NCBI GenBank assembly: GCA_964497535.1
Contig: CAZCCG010000003.1
Coordinates: 133,499-197,498 of the forward strand
From: an uncultured Gammaproteobacteria bacterium
GTDB lineage: Bacteria; Patescibacteriota; Microgenomatia; Levybacterales; UBA12049
Direction: 5' to 3'
Length of the DNA stretch: 64,000 nt
Each line of letters begins with the position of its first letter. Within the stretch, counting starts at the first letter, position 1. A program made the position numbers and the translations under genes. Below are positions 1-9,727 of the stretch, in pieces. Under the pieces are notes generated by a model. That model saw nothing but the letters and a program-made list of their open reading frames with translations, had not been told where the DNA came from and did no database searches.

Positions 1-753
1 ATTCAGCTATACCAACAAAGTACATTTGACTACAAACATCGTTATACAATTGCTTTCAATACTTCTTCCTCTCAAGCCGTCATTTTTTCCTTTGCACCAG
101 ATACGAAGACAATTTCAGAGCTTACTGTGGACAACAATCCTAACATGAAAACGATTGGGAAAACGCTTCATATTCCGATTGATGCTATTCTCATTTCAAG
201 GGCTCCCAAGAAGTTCCAATCAAATACTATTTCTTCTCAATTACAAGAACTACTATTTCATTATCCCACTTTTGAGGGGAATGCTACTGTTATTGATTTT
301 ATAAAAATGGATCTTTTTTCCAAATCCGTACCCCTTCGCTCTATTACAACAGATACTATTGTGCTTCCTCAAGATGCTACTACTATTGACAAGCTAGTTT
401 CTTCTTTATTTGCGGATGAATCATTTTTACAAGAACAGTCTACTGTTGAAATTGTTAATGCTTCAAGCAAAGCAGGGTTGGGAAATCGTCTTGCGACAGT
501 CCTTACAAATAGCGGAATAAATGTAGTTGCAGTATCAACGGCAGAATCTTCTGCTCAAAATTCGTCAATAACATATTTTATTCCTCAAAATTATACGGTA
601 GGAAAACTGGGAAAGATACTGCACTATTCTTTAAAAGACGAATCTACTCAATCTGAGCCAAATCAAACTGGTACAAGTATTCCCTCCAAAAAGAGAATCT
701 CTGATATAATTATTACTATTGGAGAAAAAGATTCCAATAGTAATCAGTTTTAA
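1..753 (+). CDS. LytR-CpsA-Psr (LCP) family protein, C-terminal part with LytR_C-like domain; 5' end lies outside the window
   Basis: Frame 1 is open from base 1 with no stop before the listed ORF at 127. The C-terminal segment VEIVNASSKAGLGNRLATVLTNSGINVVAV is LytR_C-like. Confidence 0.55.
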   Translation: MQLYQQSTFDYKHRYTIAFNTSSSQAVIFSFAPDTKTISELTVDNNPNMKTIGKTLHIPIDAILISRAPKKFQSNTISSQLQELLFHYPTFEGNATVIDFIKMDLFSKSVPLRSITTDTIVLPQDATTIDKLVSSLFADESFLQEQSTVEIVNASSKAGLGNRLATVLTNSGINVVAVSTAESSAQNSSITYFIPQNYTVGKLGKILHYSLKDESTQSEPNQTGTSIPSKKRISDIIITIGEKDSNSNQF

Positions 754-757
754 TACT

Positions 758-958
758 ATGCCTTTTATAATAATTATCCTTCTTATTGTAGCTTTTTTAG
801 GAGCTGTATTGTCTTTGCAGGGGATATTAAAAAGCAAACAAATTCATAAAAAGGCTTCAGAGGAACTACAACAGGGGAGGGTACTGTTTCAGGCGCAGCG
901 TGATTATACTGTCTCTTCCGAGGGTGATGACCATAATGGCATCTTGAAGCGGGAATAA
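758..958 (+). CDS. small hypothetical membrane protein (one N-terminal TM helix)
   Basis: ATG at 758 lies directly after the LCP stop. The hydrophobic stretch is PFIIIILLIVAFLGAVLSL. The 3' end overlaps a convergent gene, so this is weak. Confidence 0.2.
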   Translation: MPFIIIILLIVAFLGAVLSLQGILKSKQIHKKASEELQQGRVLFQAQRDYTVSSEGDDHNGILKRE

Positions 959-1665
959 TCTTTGTGGGGTGTATCGATAGAGCTAAATGAGACCCCTATT
1001 CCAGTAGAAAGAAAAGAGGCTTGATCTTTAAATTTATTAACTCGTTTGGTTTCTTTCACGAAAATAGTGACCTTGTTTACAGCAATACATTTTACATATG
1101 CTTCATAACAATTGCCTCCTGTCAGAAATTTAATTAAGCGGTTTCCAATATTGTCGGGTATCATACCAACATATTGTTTCTGCCAATCTAATACAAAAAC
1201 TTTTGATCTTTTTACGCTCAAAACGAGTTGTTCACCCGTACGCAGAGCAGAAAGAATCTTGGGGCCGGCAACATTTGCTAGATTAATTATCTTTGTTTTC
1301 CCACTTTCTTCCAGAAACATATTTGTAAATTTTTGTGAAGCATGAGATGAGTATTCTTTATTACAATCAGACTGTGTAGTAGTAAGCCGTTTCAGTCCTC
1401 GAAGCGCAATTGGATTTTGTATATCTACTTCCAATACTTTTTCATAGGTTTTTTTTGCCATGTCATGATTTCCGACAATACCATATGCGAATGCAAGGCG
1501 ATTAAGTGTCTCAATATCATCTGGAGTTTCTTTCAGAAGTTCAATGTTTAAATGTATAGCGGTATCCCAATCACCAGTTAACGCAGTTTGAATAGCTTGG
1601 AATTTAGATAAAGTCATTGTAGGCAGTATGGAGGATATTCTACTCCACTTTATTGCAATTGTCAA
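904..1665 (-). CDS. TPR-repeat protein with uncharacterised C-terminal domain
   Basis: 253-aa ORF. N-terminal TPR-like helices (LNRLAFAYGIVGNHDMAKKTYEKVLEVD) are present. Confidence 0.45.
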   Translation of the reverse strand: MTIAIKWSRISSILPTMTLSKFQAIQTALTGDWDTAIHLNIELLKETPDDIETLNRLAFAYGIVGNHDMAKKTYEKVLEVDIQNPIALRGLKRLTTTQSDCNKEYSSHASQKFTNMFLEESGKTKIINLANVAGPKILSALRTGEQLVLSVKRSKVFVLDWQKQYVGMIPDNIGNRLIKFLTGGNCYEAYVKCIAVNKVTIFVKETKRVNKFKDQASFLSTGIGVSFSSIDTPHKDYSRFKMPLWSSPSEETV

Positions 1666-1744
1666 GTGATCAAGTGTATAATTATAGGCAGCGTTTAGTT
1701 TATAAGCGTTTAGAAACTAATTATAAAACTAAACGCTCATTGTT

Positions 1745-2500
1745 ATGAGTGGTCATTCAAAATGGACGCAGATTAAACGACAAAAAGGAGTAGCGGATCA
1801 AAAACGTGGTCAGGCTTTTACTAAAATGTCTAACGCTATTACTATTGCTGTAAAAGAAGGGGGAGGGGTTACCGATCCCGAACAAAACTTTAGACTTCGA
1901 CTCGCTATTGAAAAAGCACGAGAGGCAAATATGCCAAAAGCAAATATAGAGCGAGCAATTGAGCGCGGAAAGGGTTTTGGGGAAAAAGGGGAGGAGTTAC
2001 AAGAAGCACTATACGAAGGATTTGGCCCTGGTAATGTTGCTATTTTAGTTGAAGTAACAAGCGACAAACTGATTCGATCCACAGTTGAAGTAAAAAATGT
2101 CTTCTCAAAAAATGGGGGTACACTTGGATCACCTGGTTCGGTGGCATATCAATTTGAAAAAAAAGGGCTGATCACTGTTAGAAAAGGGAATCGTTCCTTT
2201 GATGAGCTATTACTCATTGCAGCAGATGCAGGAGCGGATGATATTGAAGATGCAGATGATCATATTTTTATTTATACCAAACCCGAAGATTTAAATCGGG
2301 TAAAAAACAATTGCAAAGAAAGCGGACTTGAAATTGAAAGCTTTGAATTTGTACGCAAACCAACAACGCTTGTCACTATTGAGAATAAAGAACTTGCAGA
2401 GAAAATATTTTCTTTTATTGACAAAGTTGAAGAATTGGATGATGTACAAAAAGTCTATAGCAATCTCGATATCCCTGATTCCTTGTTACCAATAGAATAA
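1745..2500 (+). CDS. yebC: YebC/PmpR family probable transcriptional regulator
   Basis: N-terminus MSGHSKWTQIKRQKGVADQKRGQAFTKMSNAITIAVKEGGG is the hallmark of the YebC family. Length is 251 aa. Confidence 0.9.
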   Translation: MSGHSKWTQIKRQKGVADQKRGQAFTKMSNAITIAVKEGGGVTDPEQNFRLRLAIEKAREANMPKANIERAIERGKGFGEKGEELQEALYEGFGPGNVAILVEVTSDKLIRSTVEVKNVFSKNGGTLGSPGSVAYQFEKKGLITVRKGNRSFDELLLIAADAGADDIEDADDHIFIYTKPEDLNRVKNNCKESGLEIESFEFVRKPTTLVTIENKELAEKIFSFIDKVEELDDVQKVYSNLDIPDSLLPIE

Positions 2501-2526
2501 CAGTATGGTATAAAAGCTTCTGTAGT

Positions 2527-3408
2527 ATGTCAAAAATAAGTAGATTTTTTGTAAGACCGGGGAGTAGAGCGCTTCATGGAAACGAAACTGTAAAAGGAGC
2601 ACGAGTGCGTTTTGATAAAATTCTTCTGAATAAAAGACAACGGTTTGTTGGAGCAGTAGCAGTTTTAACCATATTACTTTTCCTATCGGAGAATTTATTA
2701 GGAAGAGCAAGCATTGCATTTGTATTTTTTCTTGCAATACTGACAGATATTTTTTTGGCCGTTTCCATTTATAAAGATCTGAAAGAGAATTTTTCAATTC
2801 AAGCTTTTATTCTCCCATTCCTTTTTACTCTTTCTTCAGGACTTTTCTATTTTGACTTTCCTCCAAGACAGATATTTCGCATATTTCTTGCAGTTTTATA
2901 TGCGGTTGGCTTATATTCTCTGTTTCTTGCAGAAAATATTTTTATTGTTGCTTCAATGAGAACAATAGCCCTTCTTTCAAGCGCGCGTATTGTTGCTTTT
3001 ATTATTTCTTTATTATCATTTCTTTTTTTAACATATACTATTTTTACACTTCGATTACCCGTATATGCGACAGCGCTTTTGATTTTACTCGAGTCATTTC
3101 TTTTTATTATTCCGGCTTTGTGGACTATAACTCTAGAAAGAGAGATACGTAGTTATATAACATGGGCATTTGTTTTGGGATTAGGTTTGGCGGAGTTAGG
3201 ATTGGTACTTAGTTTTTGGCCCAATAGCAGTTTATGGCCTGAAAAACCGGTATTTGTCACGCTGTTTTTATCAGGATATTTTTATATACTTGTTGCCATA
3301 TCTCAAATTTGGCTCAGCCGTCGACTTTTCAGGGGAGCACTGTGGGAGTACCTATGGGTTGGGGTTTTTGTATTGGCAGTTCTCATTTTGTTTACTTCAT
3401 GGGGATAA
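2527..3408 (+). CDS. polytopic integral membrane protein, function unknown
   Basis: 293 aa with at least six hydrophobic helices and no recognisable catalytic motif. Confidence 0.45.
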   Translation: MSKISRFFVRPGSRALHGNETVKGARVRFDKILLNKRQRFVGAVAVLTILLFLSENLLGRASIAFVFFLAILTDIFLAVSIYKDLKENFSIQAFILPFLFTLSSGLFYFDFPPRQIFRIFLAVLYAVGLYSLFLAENIFIVASMRTIALLSSARIVAFIISLLSFLFLTYTIFTLRLPVYATALLILLESFLFIIPALWTITLEREIRSYITWAFVLGLGLAELGLVLSFWPNSSLWPEKPVFVTLFLSGYFYILVAISQIWLSRRLFRGALWEYLWVGVFVLAVLILFTSWG

Positions 3409-4371
3409 TGGTAGATAAAAATTGTAACTTCATCGTTTTTTTATTAGTACATTTTGGGGTGAAGTAGAGGAGAGGGGAATCGAGGGGGTACAAAATAGCA
3501 AAAAATACTATAGGCATGTAAGAAGAGTTATTATATAGATTGATATAGTTCGCATATAATTATAGGATATATTTGTGGATAACTATTTGGTTTTCACGAT
3601 ATCTAGGCCTCACTTTTCACAGCTCTCCAAGATAGAATCTCATATGTTTGTACGTCTTGCGCTAGTAGGAAGACAGATAGGCACTCTCATGTTCCGGGGA
3701 GGGTGCTCTTCTAGCCTCTATATCCTCTGAAATGAAGAAAATACGAAAACTATTTTTATGATTTTTCGAGGCTAAAATATAGCGTTTAGACTGATATATC
3801 AATCTAAATTATCGTCTGCTTAAAATGCCGGGGAGGGTACTTCGGGAATTGTAGGGGTATAGAAATATGGTTGTACACGGTCGTAGTCTAGAGCAGAGAG
3901 AGTACATTCTTATGGAAGTGAATGCATATATTGATTCTCTCATCCGTTGTCTGGTTGTAATACAATTACGACGTGATAACCCAGCGGGAGCTCGGATAAT
4001 CATGTCGCACAATAATACTTTTGCGACGTCACGGATGGGCTTTGAGAGAAGTGGTACTATTTCTTCTTTTGTCTCTTATTCCCTCTTTTTTTATTTTTTT
4101 ACCATCAGGTTTGTATAGGTATTGTTATATATTCTCCTATTAAGATAAAAACCTTAAAAATTCCTTGTCCCCTACTATGGGCTTTGATTACGCTCATAGA
4201 ATTGAATTTGTGCTTCTCTGCCCGTTTTTCAAATGGGGAAGATGTAGTTTGTTATATGCTGCCTAAAAACCGACGCCCTACGATTCGATTTTAGCCCCCT
4301 GTTTTTTAAAAGACCTATCAATAGTCATCTTTGTCGTGGTAGCTATTTAAAACTCAAAGTAATTGGTAGTC
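3409..4371. other. unusually long non-coding gap; candidate structured RNA(s) not identified
   Basis: It holds only short low-complexity ORFs (67 and 83 aa). CCGGGGAGGGT(G/A)CT occurs at 3694-3707 and 3828-3841. A minus-strand GGGGGCUAAAAUCGAAUCGUAGGG motif lies at 4272-4299. Confidence 0.25.
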
Positions 4372-5736
4372 TTAGTGAAGAATACAGAGGGTATATGGAG
4401 GTTGTTGTGTTGAATCATCAAAAATTTTTTCATTATTTTCAAGTGCTTGCAGAATTTGTATATATCGATAAAAGGCAGCATTTGTCCACCCAAATCCTTT
4501 TTGAGTTTTATAATAATAATCTCCGGTTTTGTCACCAGTAGTTCCATCAATTTTTTCATAGAACGTTTGATATTTTCTATAGATGGCTGCATGGGCAGCG
4601 ATTGATTTTTTCATAATCCGCGTCGCAGAATCTAGAAAGCCATACTTGAGTAGTCCAATAACTGTTATATATTCCATAGGCGACCAAATATTTGGATAAT
4701 CCCATTGCTTTGGATCAATAATTTCATGGATTGCAGGATGGTATCTTTTTTGAATTGTTGATAAGTCTATTGGTTTTGCAAGTGATTCACGTGCCGTAAT
4801 TGCCAGGCCATAGTTAGTCTCAAATTTTTCTATTTTTTGTACCATACGGTTTGCTTGTTCAGCTGTCGCAATTCCTGCCCACATTGGAGTAAATCCCCCC
4901 AGTGATAGGAATTCGCTTTGAGCTTTAAAACTATAGCCATAATCATAAAAAAACCCTTCTTTTTCATTCCACATGTATTTGTTAATCTCAGCTTTCCGGT
5001 TCTTTGCTGCTTCTTCCCAATACTTCTGGTCGCCGTCTTCATTAAAGAGCGGTGCTACAAATGCAAAATCCTTTTCATACTTATACAGATATACATTTAA
5101 ATCTATGGGAAGAAAATCACTACATCTGTTATAAAATCGTGATGTCATATCCCAGCCTGATTCCAATTCTGCCGAGTGGGAATATCCTACGTCACGGTCG
5201 CCATATTTAGACAGACTGTATCCTTCAACTTTATGGTTATATCCCCCATCAATATCGAGCCAAACCATTAAGTATTCTTTTTTTGCTACCTCAATGGCAT
5301 TTCTCAGCCATAGTTTATTCTGATAATTATGAAGCTGAGGTAATAATTTTGCCAGGTTTGCTTTTACGATATTATGGGCGTGGGGAGTGGTAAAAACATC
5401 GAGTATCATCGAAGTAAGAAATGGTGGTTGAGAACGATTTGACCGCCCGTGGTCATTGGAGTTTGGGATGACATCATAGGTATTAAAAAGGTATATGAAA
5501 TTATCAACCATATATTTCATAATTCGTGCCCGTTTCGTACCCATGATACCTTTAAACATGAAATAGGTATCCCAATAAAAAATTGTATTATAAAAACTAT
5601 TATTTGGGGTAATAAAAGGATAGGGAATCATGATCATTTTCCGCGCGATTTTCCTGCGAGCCGGTTTATGGATGATTTCATCCCAATAAGAATCAATATA
5701 ATCCAGACAATCTTTGTATTCTTCTAAATAATTCAT
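4372..5736 (-). CDS. alpha,alpha-trehalase (glycoside hydrolase family 37)
   Basis: Both trehalase signatures are present: IPYPFITPNNSFYNTIFYWDTYF and QWDYPNIWSP. QPPF and GWDMTSRF motifs are also present. Confidence 0.7.
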   Translation of the reverse strand: MNYLEEYKDCLDYIDSYWDEIIHKPARRKIARKMIMIPYPFITPNNSFYNTIFYWDTYFMFKGIMGTKRARIMKYMVDNFIYLFNTYDVIPNSNDHGRSNRSQPPFLTSMILDVFTTPHAHNIVKANLAKLLPQLHNYQNKLWLRNAIEVAKKEYLMVWLDIDGGYNHKVEGYSLSKYGDRDVGYSHSAELESGWDMTSRFYNRCSDFLPIDLNVYLYKYEKDFAFVAPLFNEDGDQKYWEEAAKNRKAEINKYMWNEKEGFFYDYGYSFKAQSEFLSLGGFTPMWAGIATAEQANRMVQKIEKFETNYGLAITARESLAKPIDLSTIQKRYHPAIHEIIDPKQWDYPNIWSPMEYITVIGLLKYGFLDSATRIMKKSIAAHAAIYRKYQTFYEKIDGTTGDKTGDYYYKTQKGFGWTNAAFYRYIQILQALENNEKIFDDSTQQPPYTLCILH

Positions 5737-5740
5737 AAGT

Positions 5741-5846
5741 CCGATACTAATATACTATTTCATACGAATTATACAAATTTATAGTAGTATCTATTGGTTA
5801 TAAAAGTTTATCCGTATGATTAGTATTCATTCGTATATTTGTATCG
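5741..5846. repeat. palindromic intergenic repeat, copy A (CCGATACTAATATAC ... ATACGAAT ... ATTCGTAT ... ATTAGTA)
   Basis: Nested inverted repeats. The first 15 nt are identical to the reverse complement of 8896-8910. ATACGAAT and TTCATTCGTATA blocks are shared. Confidence 0.5.
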
Positions 5847-5871
5847 TTTATAAAGGAATTTAAAATGTAGG

Positions 5872-6783
5872 TTATTGTATTATTGAATCCCAATCCTGTG
5901 CAAATTTCACAATTCCTGTTTGGGAAAGTTCATGGGAAATATCAATTTTTTTTGTTTCCACAGCATTCATAAATGTCTTCAACGAATCAATAGCCATGAG
6001 TTCTTGTGGCGGGTTCCAATAGTCGATAGCTTTGAGATTGGTTTCGGCAGAAGCCTTTGGCATAGAATTGGCGAACCATTCACGGTATAATTTTGCAGGA
6101 ATTGTTATGAGTTCTGTTTTTGCTTCAATTCCTTCCTGGATATGAGAGAGGCTGCGTACAGAAGCTTCCAACATCCACAAGGCTACCGGAGTTGCAGGTA
6201 AATCCAGAAAAAATTCTTTTTTTATTTTCATACCATTTCTCACCAAATCTATACCATTTTCTCCCCTGTCATCAAGCCGTCCAACAAAAGGCGAGATAAA
6301 TGGCGGCCAGGGATCATTTGTTGGTCCATATGCCTTCTGGACTAGTTTTTCATGGAGACATATGGCAAAAATTTGTTGCTCTGAAAAAACAAGTGTGTTA
6401 TTAATAGGGATATGATTTTTTCGCAAGGCGGTTCGGGCCTTAAACCCTTCCAGATTGGTGGGGAGTTTTACCACAACTCTTCTATTCCAGCCGGCTATTT
6501 CTCTCCCCTGCTCAATCATTTGGTCTGCAGTAGTTTTTTCATTCGCATATACTTCACATGATACAGCTCCCGGTACAATATCCAGAATCTCAAGAACTAT
6601 TTTTTTTTGCAAATCAAACGCTTCCTGCATGGAGACTTTTTTACCGGCCAGCTTTTTAGCGATAAGAGTAGGATTGGTTGTTGATCCCCACAGTTGTGAT
6701 CCATGAGTTTTGGCAAGCTCTGAAATTTCACGATATTCGTCAGGGTCACCGCTATCAAGGATAAATTTGGTTGTAGCCTCCAT
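5872..6783 (-). CDS. tal: transaldolase
   Basis: Motifs ILDSGDPDEY, GSTTNPTLIAK, VKLPTNLEGFKA and FISPFVGRLDD match the transaldolase family. Confidence 0.8.
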   Translation of the reverse strand: MEATTKFILDSGDPDEYREISELAKTHGSQLWGSTTNPTLIAKKLAGKKVSMQEAFDLQKKIVLEILDIVPGAVSCEVYANEKTTADQMIEQGREIAGWNRRVVVKLPTNLEGFKARTALRKNHIPINNTLVFSEQQIFAICLHEKLVQKAYGPTNDPWPPFISPFVGRLDDRGENGIDLVRNGMKIKKEFFLDLPATPVALWMLEASVRSLSHIQEGIEAKTELITIPAKLYREWFANSMPKASAETNLKAIDYWNPPQELMAIDSLKTFMNAVETKKIDISHELSQTGIVKFAQDWDSIIQ

Positions 6784-6854
6784 ATGTTTATTGTAAATCT
6801 TTTTAAAGTATTGTCAATGTAAGCACTGTAATAAAAACGTGTATAATAGAACGT

Positions 6855-7463
6855 ATGAAGCAGATTAAGTTGATCTTAGTGCTTATTCTTATTGTTTTTG
6901 GAGTCATGGTTTTTATTCTGGGTATGCAGTCACTCAAAGACTTTTTCAACTCAGGATTTAGCTTTAATACCAGTAAGACTACCGTTATTAAGCAAATTCG
7001 CGGTTTAAATAAGCTTGAAACGGCATCATTTACGATTGAGAAAGTGATAGATGGTGGAACTTCAGGAAACCAATTTCAACAGTTATTGTTTGGGGATCGC
7101 ATCCTTCTTATTGCTCATGGTGAAGTTATTGCTGGAGTTGATCTATCAAAACTCAAAAACTCCGATGTGATAGTTGAGGGTAATACCGTAAAGCTCATAT
7201 TGCCCAAACCCGAGATACTGGTAACCAGGCTCGATAATGATCAGACTCGAGTATATGATAGAAGTACGGGGTTATTGAATCGCGGAGATAAAGATTTAGA
7301 ATCCAAAGCGCGAGAAACCGCGGAACAACAGATTAAAGGGGCTGCATGCACGGGAAATATCTTGAATATAGCCGCAGAGAATGCACGAAAACAACTTACT
7401 GCCCTATTTAAAGCAGCAGGGTTTACAACAGTTATTATTGATATCCCACAAGGGAGTTGCTAA
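6855..7463 (+). CDS. DUF4230-like membrane-anchored protein
   Basis: N-terminal TM helix, then the pattern IAHGEVIAGVDLSKL ... KLILPKPEILVTRLD that I associate with DUF4230. Confidence 0.5.
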   Translation: MKQIKLILVLILIVFGVMVFILGMQSLKDFFNSGFSFNTSKTTVIKQIRGLNKLETASFTIEKVIDGGTSGNQFQQLLFGDRILLIAHGEVIAGVDLSKLKNSDVIVEGNTVKLILPKPEILVTRLDNDQTRVYDRSTGLLNRGDKDLESKARETAEQQIKGAACTGNILNIAAENARKQLTALFKAAGFTTVIIDIPQGSC

Positions 7464-7797
7464 ATAGAGAAAACTCTATTATTAGTAATATGACAATAAG
7501 AAGTAATGCAATAATTATGTATAAAACTCCAACTATTAGTCCCAAACCACCTAAATATCGAATTTTACTGCCTGGTAAAAACCCATCAGCTGGGCTTGGA
7601 GGGAAATCCCAAAGAAAATCGGAATACATTTTGCTAGGGTCATTCGTATAAAAAAATCCTTTTTTCCTATGCTTTGTATTTCTTTCTTGGATATTAGTAA
7701 TACCGATCCATATGATATATATGGCGAGTGGGCCAAACACTAACAGTGGTAATATCCATCTCCAATTATCTGAGCCATCCATAAGTAAAGTATACAT
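7435..7797 (-). CDS. small hypothetical membrane protein
   Basis: 120 aa with two hydrophobic helices and no known motif. Confidence 0.3.
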   Translation of the reverse strand: MYTLLMDGSDNWRWILPLLVFGPLAIYIIWIGITNIQERNTKHRKKGFFYTNDPSKMYSDFLWDFPPSPADGFLPGSKIRYLGGLGLIVGVLYIIIALLLIVILLIIEFSLFSNSLVGYQ

Positions 7798-7811
7798 CTA
7801 AATGATCTCAT

Positions 7812-7846
7812 TTGACATTTATTAACTGACGTCGCAAAATATAAGT
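7812..7846 (+). promoter_or_regulatory. putative sigma70-like promoter (TTGACA-17 nt-CAAAAT) abutting the recombinase start; near-leaderless
   Basis: TTGACA lies at 7812-7817 and CAAAAT at 7835-7840. ATG is at 7847. Confidence 0.25.
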
Positions 7847-8788
7847 ATGACCACTTCCCTACCCGATCTTATACAACAATTCCTGGAATATTTAGAAATA
7901 GAAAAAAATTGTTCCAAATTAACAATTCGGGATTACCGGCATTATCTTGAAACCTTTTATGAGTGGTATGCAGATAAGCACAAAAATCAGTCAATTGAAA
8001 AACTAAATTTGGATATAGTCAGAAGATACCGGGTTTATTTAGCCAATCGAGTTGACAGCCATGGAATGACCCTCAAACGAGTAACTCAAAATTATTATGT
8101 TATTGCACTTCGTTCATTTCTCAAGTATCTGATTAAAAACGATATAGAAACGCTTGAACCAACCAAAATTGATTTACCCAAAACAGAAAGCAGGTCTTTA
8201 AAGTTTTTGGAACGGCATCAGATAGATCAGCTGGTGACAAGTGTGGATACGTCTAAAGAAGAAGGAATTCGGGATCGAACCATTTTGGAACTTCTCTTTT
8301 CTACGGGGTTACGCGTATCAGAACTAGTAAGTTTGAATAGAGATCAAATTAATTTAGACCGGAGGGAGTTTGGTATTATTGGAAAAGGACGTAAAATCAG
8401 GATTGTCTTTGTTTCAGACCGCGCCTCTGAATGGATCCAGATGTATCTGAATGCTCGTAGTGATACTCATAAGCCATTATTTATTCGTTACAGTGGCAGA
8501 CAAATTGCTGAAAATGATGGTGAAAAGATGAGGCTTACTCCCCGGAGTGTTGAACGAGCCGTTAAAAAGTATGTACAGCTTGCTAGATTGCCCGTTGATG
8601 CAACCGTCCATACGTTGCGGCATTCGTTTGCTACCGATCTATTGACCAATGGAGCAGATTTACGTTCTGTTCAGGAAATGCTTGGACATAAAAATATTGC
8701 AACGACTCAGATCTATACTCATATAACCAATAAACAATTGCGAGAGGTACATGAAGCATTCCACTCCGGAAACAAAAATAAAGATTAG
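7847..8788 (+). CDS. tyrosine site-specific recombinase, XerC/XerD family
   Basis: N-terminal SAM-like domain is present. The catalytic region reads GLRVSELVSL ... HTLRHSFATDLL ... LGHKNIATTQIYTH. Confidence 0.85.
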   Translation: MTTSLPDLIQQFLEYLEIEKNCSKLTIRDYRHYLETFYEWYADKHKNQSIEKLNLDIVRRYRVYLANRVDSHGMTLKRVTQNYYVIALRSFLKYLIKNDIETLEPTKIDLPKTESRSLKFLERHQIDQLVTSVDTSKEEGIRDRTILELLFSTGLRVSELVSLNRDQINLDRREFGIIGKGRKIRIVFVSDRASEWIQMYLNARSDTHKPLFIRYSGRQIAENDGEKMRLTPRSVERAVKKYVQLARLPVDATVHTLRHSFATDLLTNGADLRSVQEMLGHKNIATTQIYTHITNKQLREVHEAFHSGNKNKD

Positions 8789-8802
8789 ATAAAACCTCGA
8801 TT

Positions 8803-8910
8803 CTAATATACAAATTAATACTAATTATACGAATGAACCTACTCGGTTCAGATAAAAGTTGGAAAGTAAGATCTGTAGCATTCGTATTGATTGGTATATT
8901 AGTATCGGGG
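8803..8910. repeat. palindromic intergenic repeat, copy B (reverse orientation relative to copy A)
   Basis: Reverse complement starts CCGATACTAATATAC. Internal arms ATACGAATG / CATTCGTAT and TACTAAT / ATTAGTA are present. Confidence 0.5.
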
Positions 8911-8911
8911 A

Positions 8912-9727
8912 CTATTGGATTTCGTAGGAAAGGGAGACGCTGACAGTTATGGTATTTTCTCCGGGATTGAGATTCGTGCTGGTATCGGCAGTTGTATTCT
9001 CAGCCTTCATCGTTGTAGCTCCTTGTGCATATGGGATCTGATTAGAATTTTCATAGATACTGATAATTTTCCCCAAACTCACTCCTGCAGCTTGTGCAGT
9101 TTGTTCTGCTTGCTTTTTCGCATTTTGGATTGCTTGTATCCGCGCTTTTTGTTGGGCGGCTTCCCGTGCCGCATCATCCAGGACAAAATTTGGTCCATAG
9201 ACCTGGTTGGCTCCATCGCCGGTTGCCGTATCAAGAGCCTTATTTGCCAAATCTACGGTTTTTGCTTTTACTTGTATTGAGGTATTTCCAGTATAGCCAA
9301 TAATTTGGGTGGGTTTATTCGCTCCGGGTCCATCCAGTGGTGTGATACCACGATCATTATACTGAGGGGTAATGCTGAAGTTGGATGTCTGGATATCTTT
9401 TTCCAAAATTCCAAGGCTGATTAAATCCTGAGTTACTTTATTGACAATGATATTCATTTGATCTTTTACATCTTGTTCTGAGGTACCAGTTTTAGTCACA
9501 TTGATAGAAATACTTGCTTCTGTTGGCGTTGCGGTAGCTTTACCGGTACCAGTAACCGTAAAAAGGTTATTGTTATTTGTTTGGATGCTGTTAATAGAAA
9601 ATGGAATCGGTCCGGCAATTTTAAAATACAGAAAGAATCCCACAAAAAGAAATACTGCGGTAAAAAAAGGTATTCTTAAATCTCGCAACATACAATAATA
9701 GTAAGGGATGCTTGAGTATCCTGTCAA
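8912..9727 (-). CDS. SIMPL/DUF541 domain protein (periplasmic, membrane-anchored)
   Basis: N-terminal TM helix followed by the DUF541-type pattern TVTGTGKATATPTEASISINV ... ITPQYN. The true start may be an internal Met. Confidence 0.65.
   Translation of the reverse strand: MTGYSSIPYYYCMLRDLRIPFFTAVFLFVGFFLYFKIAGPIPFSINSIQTNNNNLFTVTGTGKATATPTEASISINVTKTGTSEQDVKDQMNIIVNKVTQDLISLGILEKDIQTSNFSITPQYNDRGITPLDGPGANKPTQIIGYTGNTSIQVKAKTVDLANKALDTATGDGANQVYGPNFVLDDAAREAAQQKARIQAIQNAKKQAEQTAQAAGVSLGKIISIYENSNQIPYAQGATTMKAENTTADTSTNLNPGENTITVSVSLSYEIQ

Noticed and set aside
2486-2797. 103-aa minus-strand ORF overlapping the start of the 2527-3408 membrane-protein gene.
   Set aside because: It is antisense to a hydrophobic membrane-protein gene and has Leu/Phe-rich shadow-ORF composition.
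3900-4300. Full tmRNA (ssrA) call on the minus strand.
   Set aside because: Only the 5' 24-nt motif resembles tmRNA. I could not find a tag-peptide reading frame ending in Ala-Ala-stop. I also found no T-arm (GGTTCGAWTCC) and no acceptor-complementary 3' end. It is kept as an unverified lead only.
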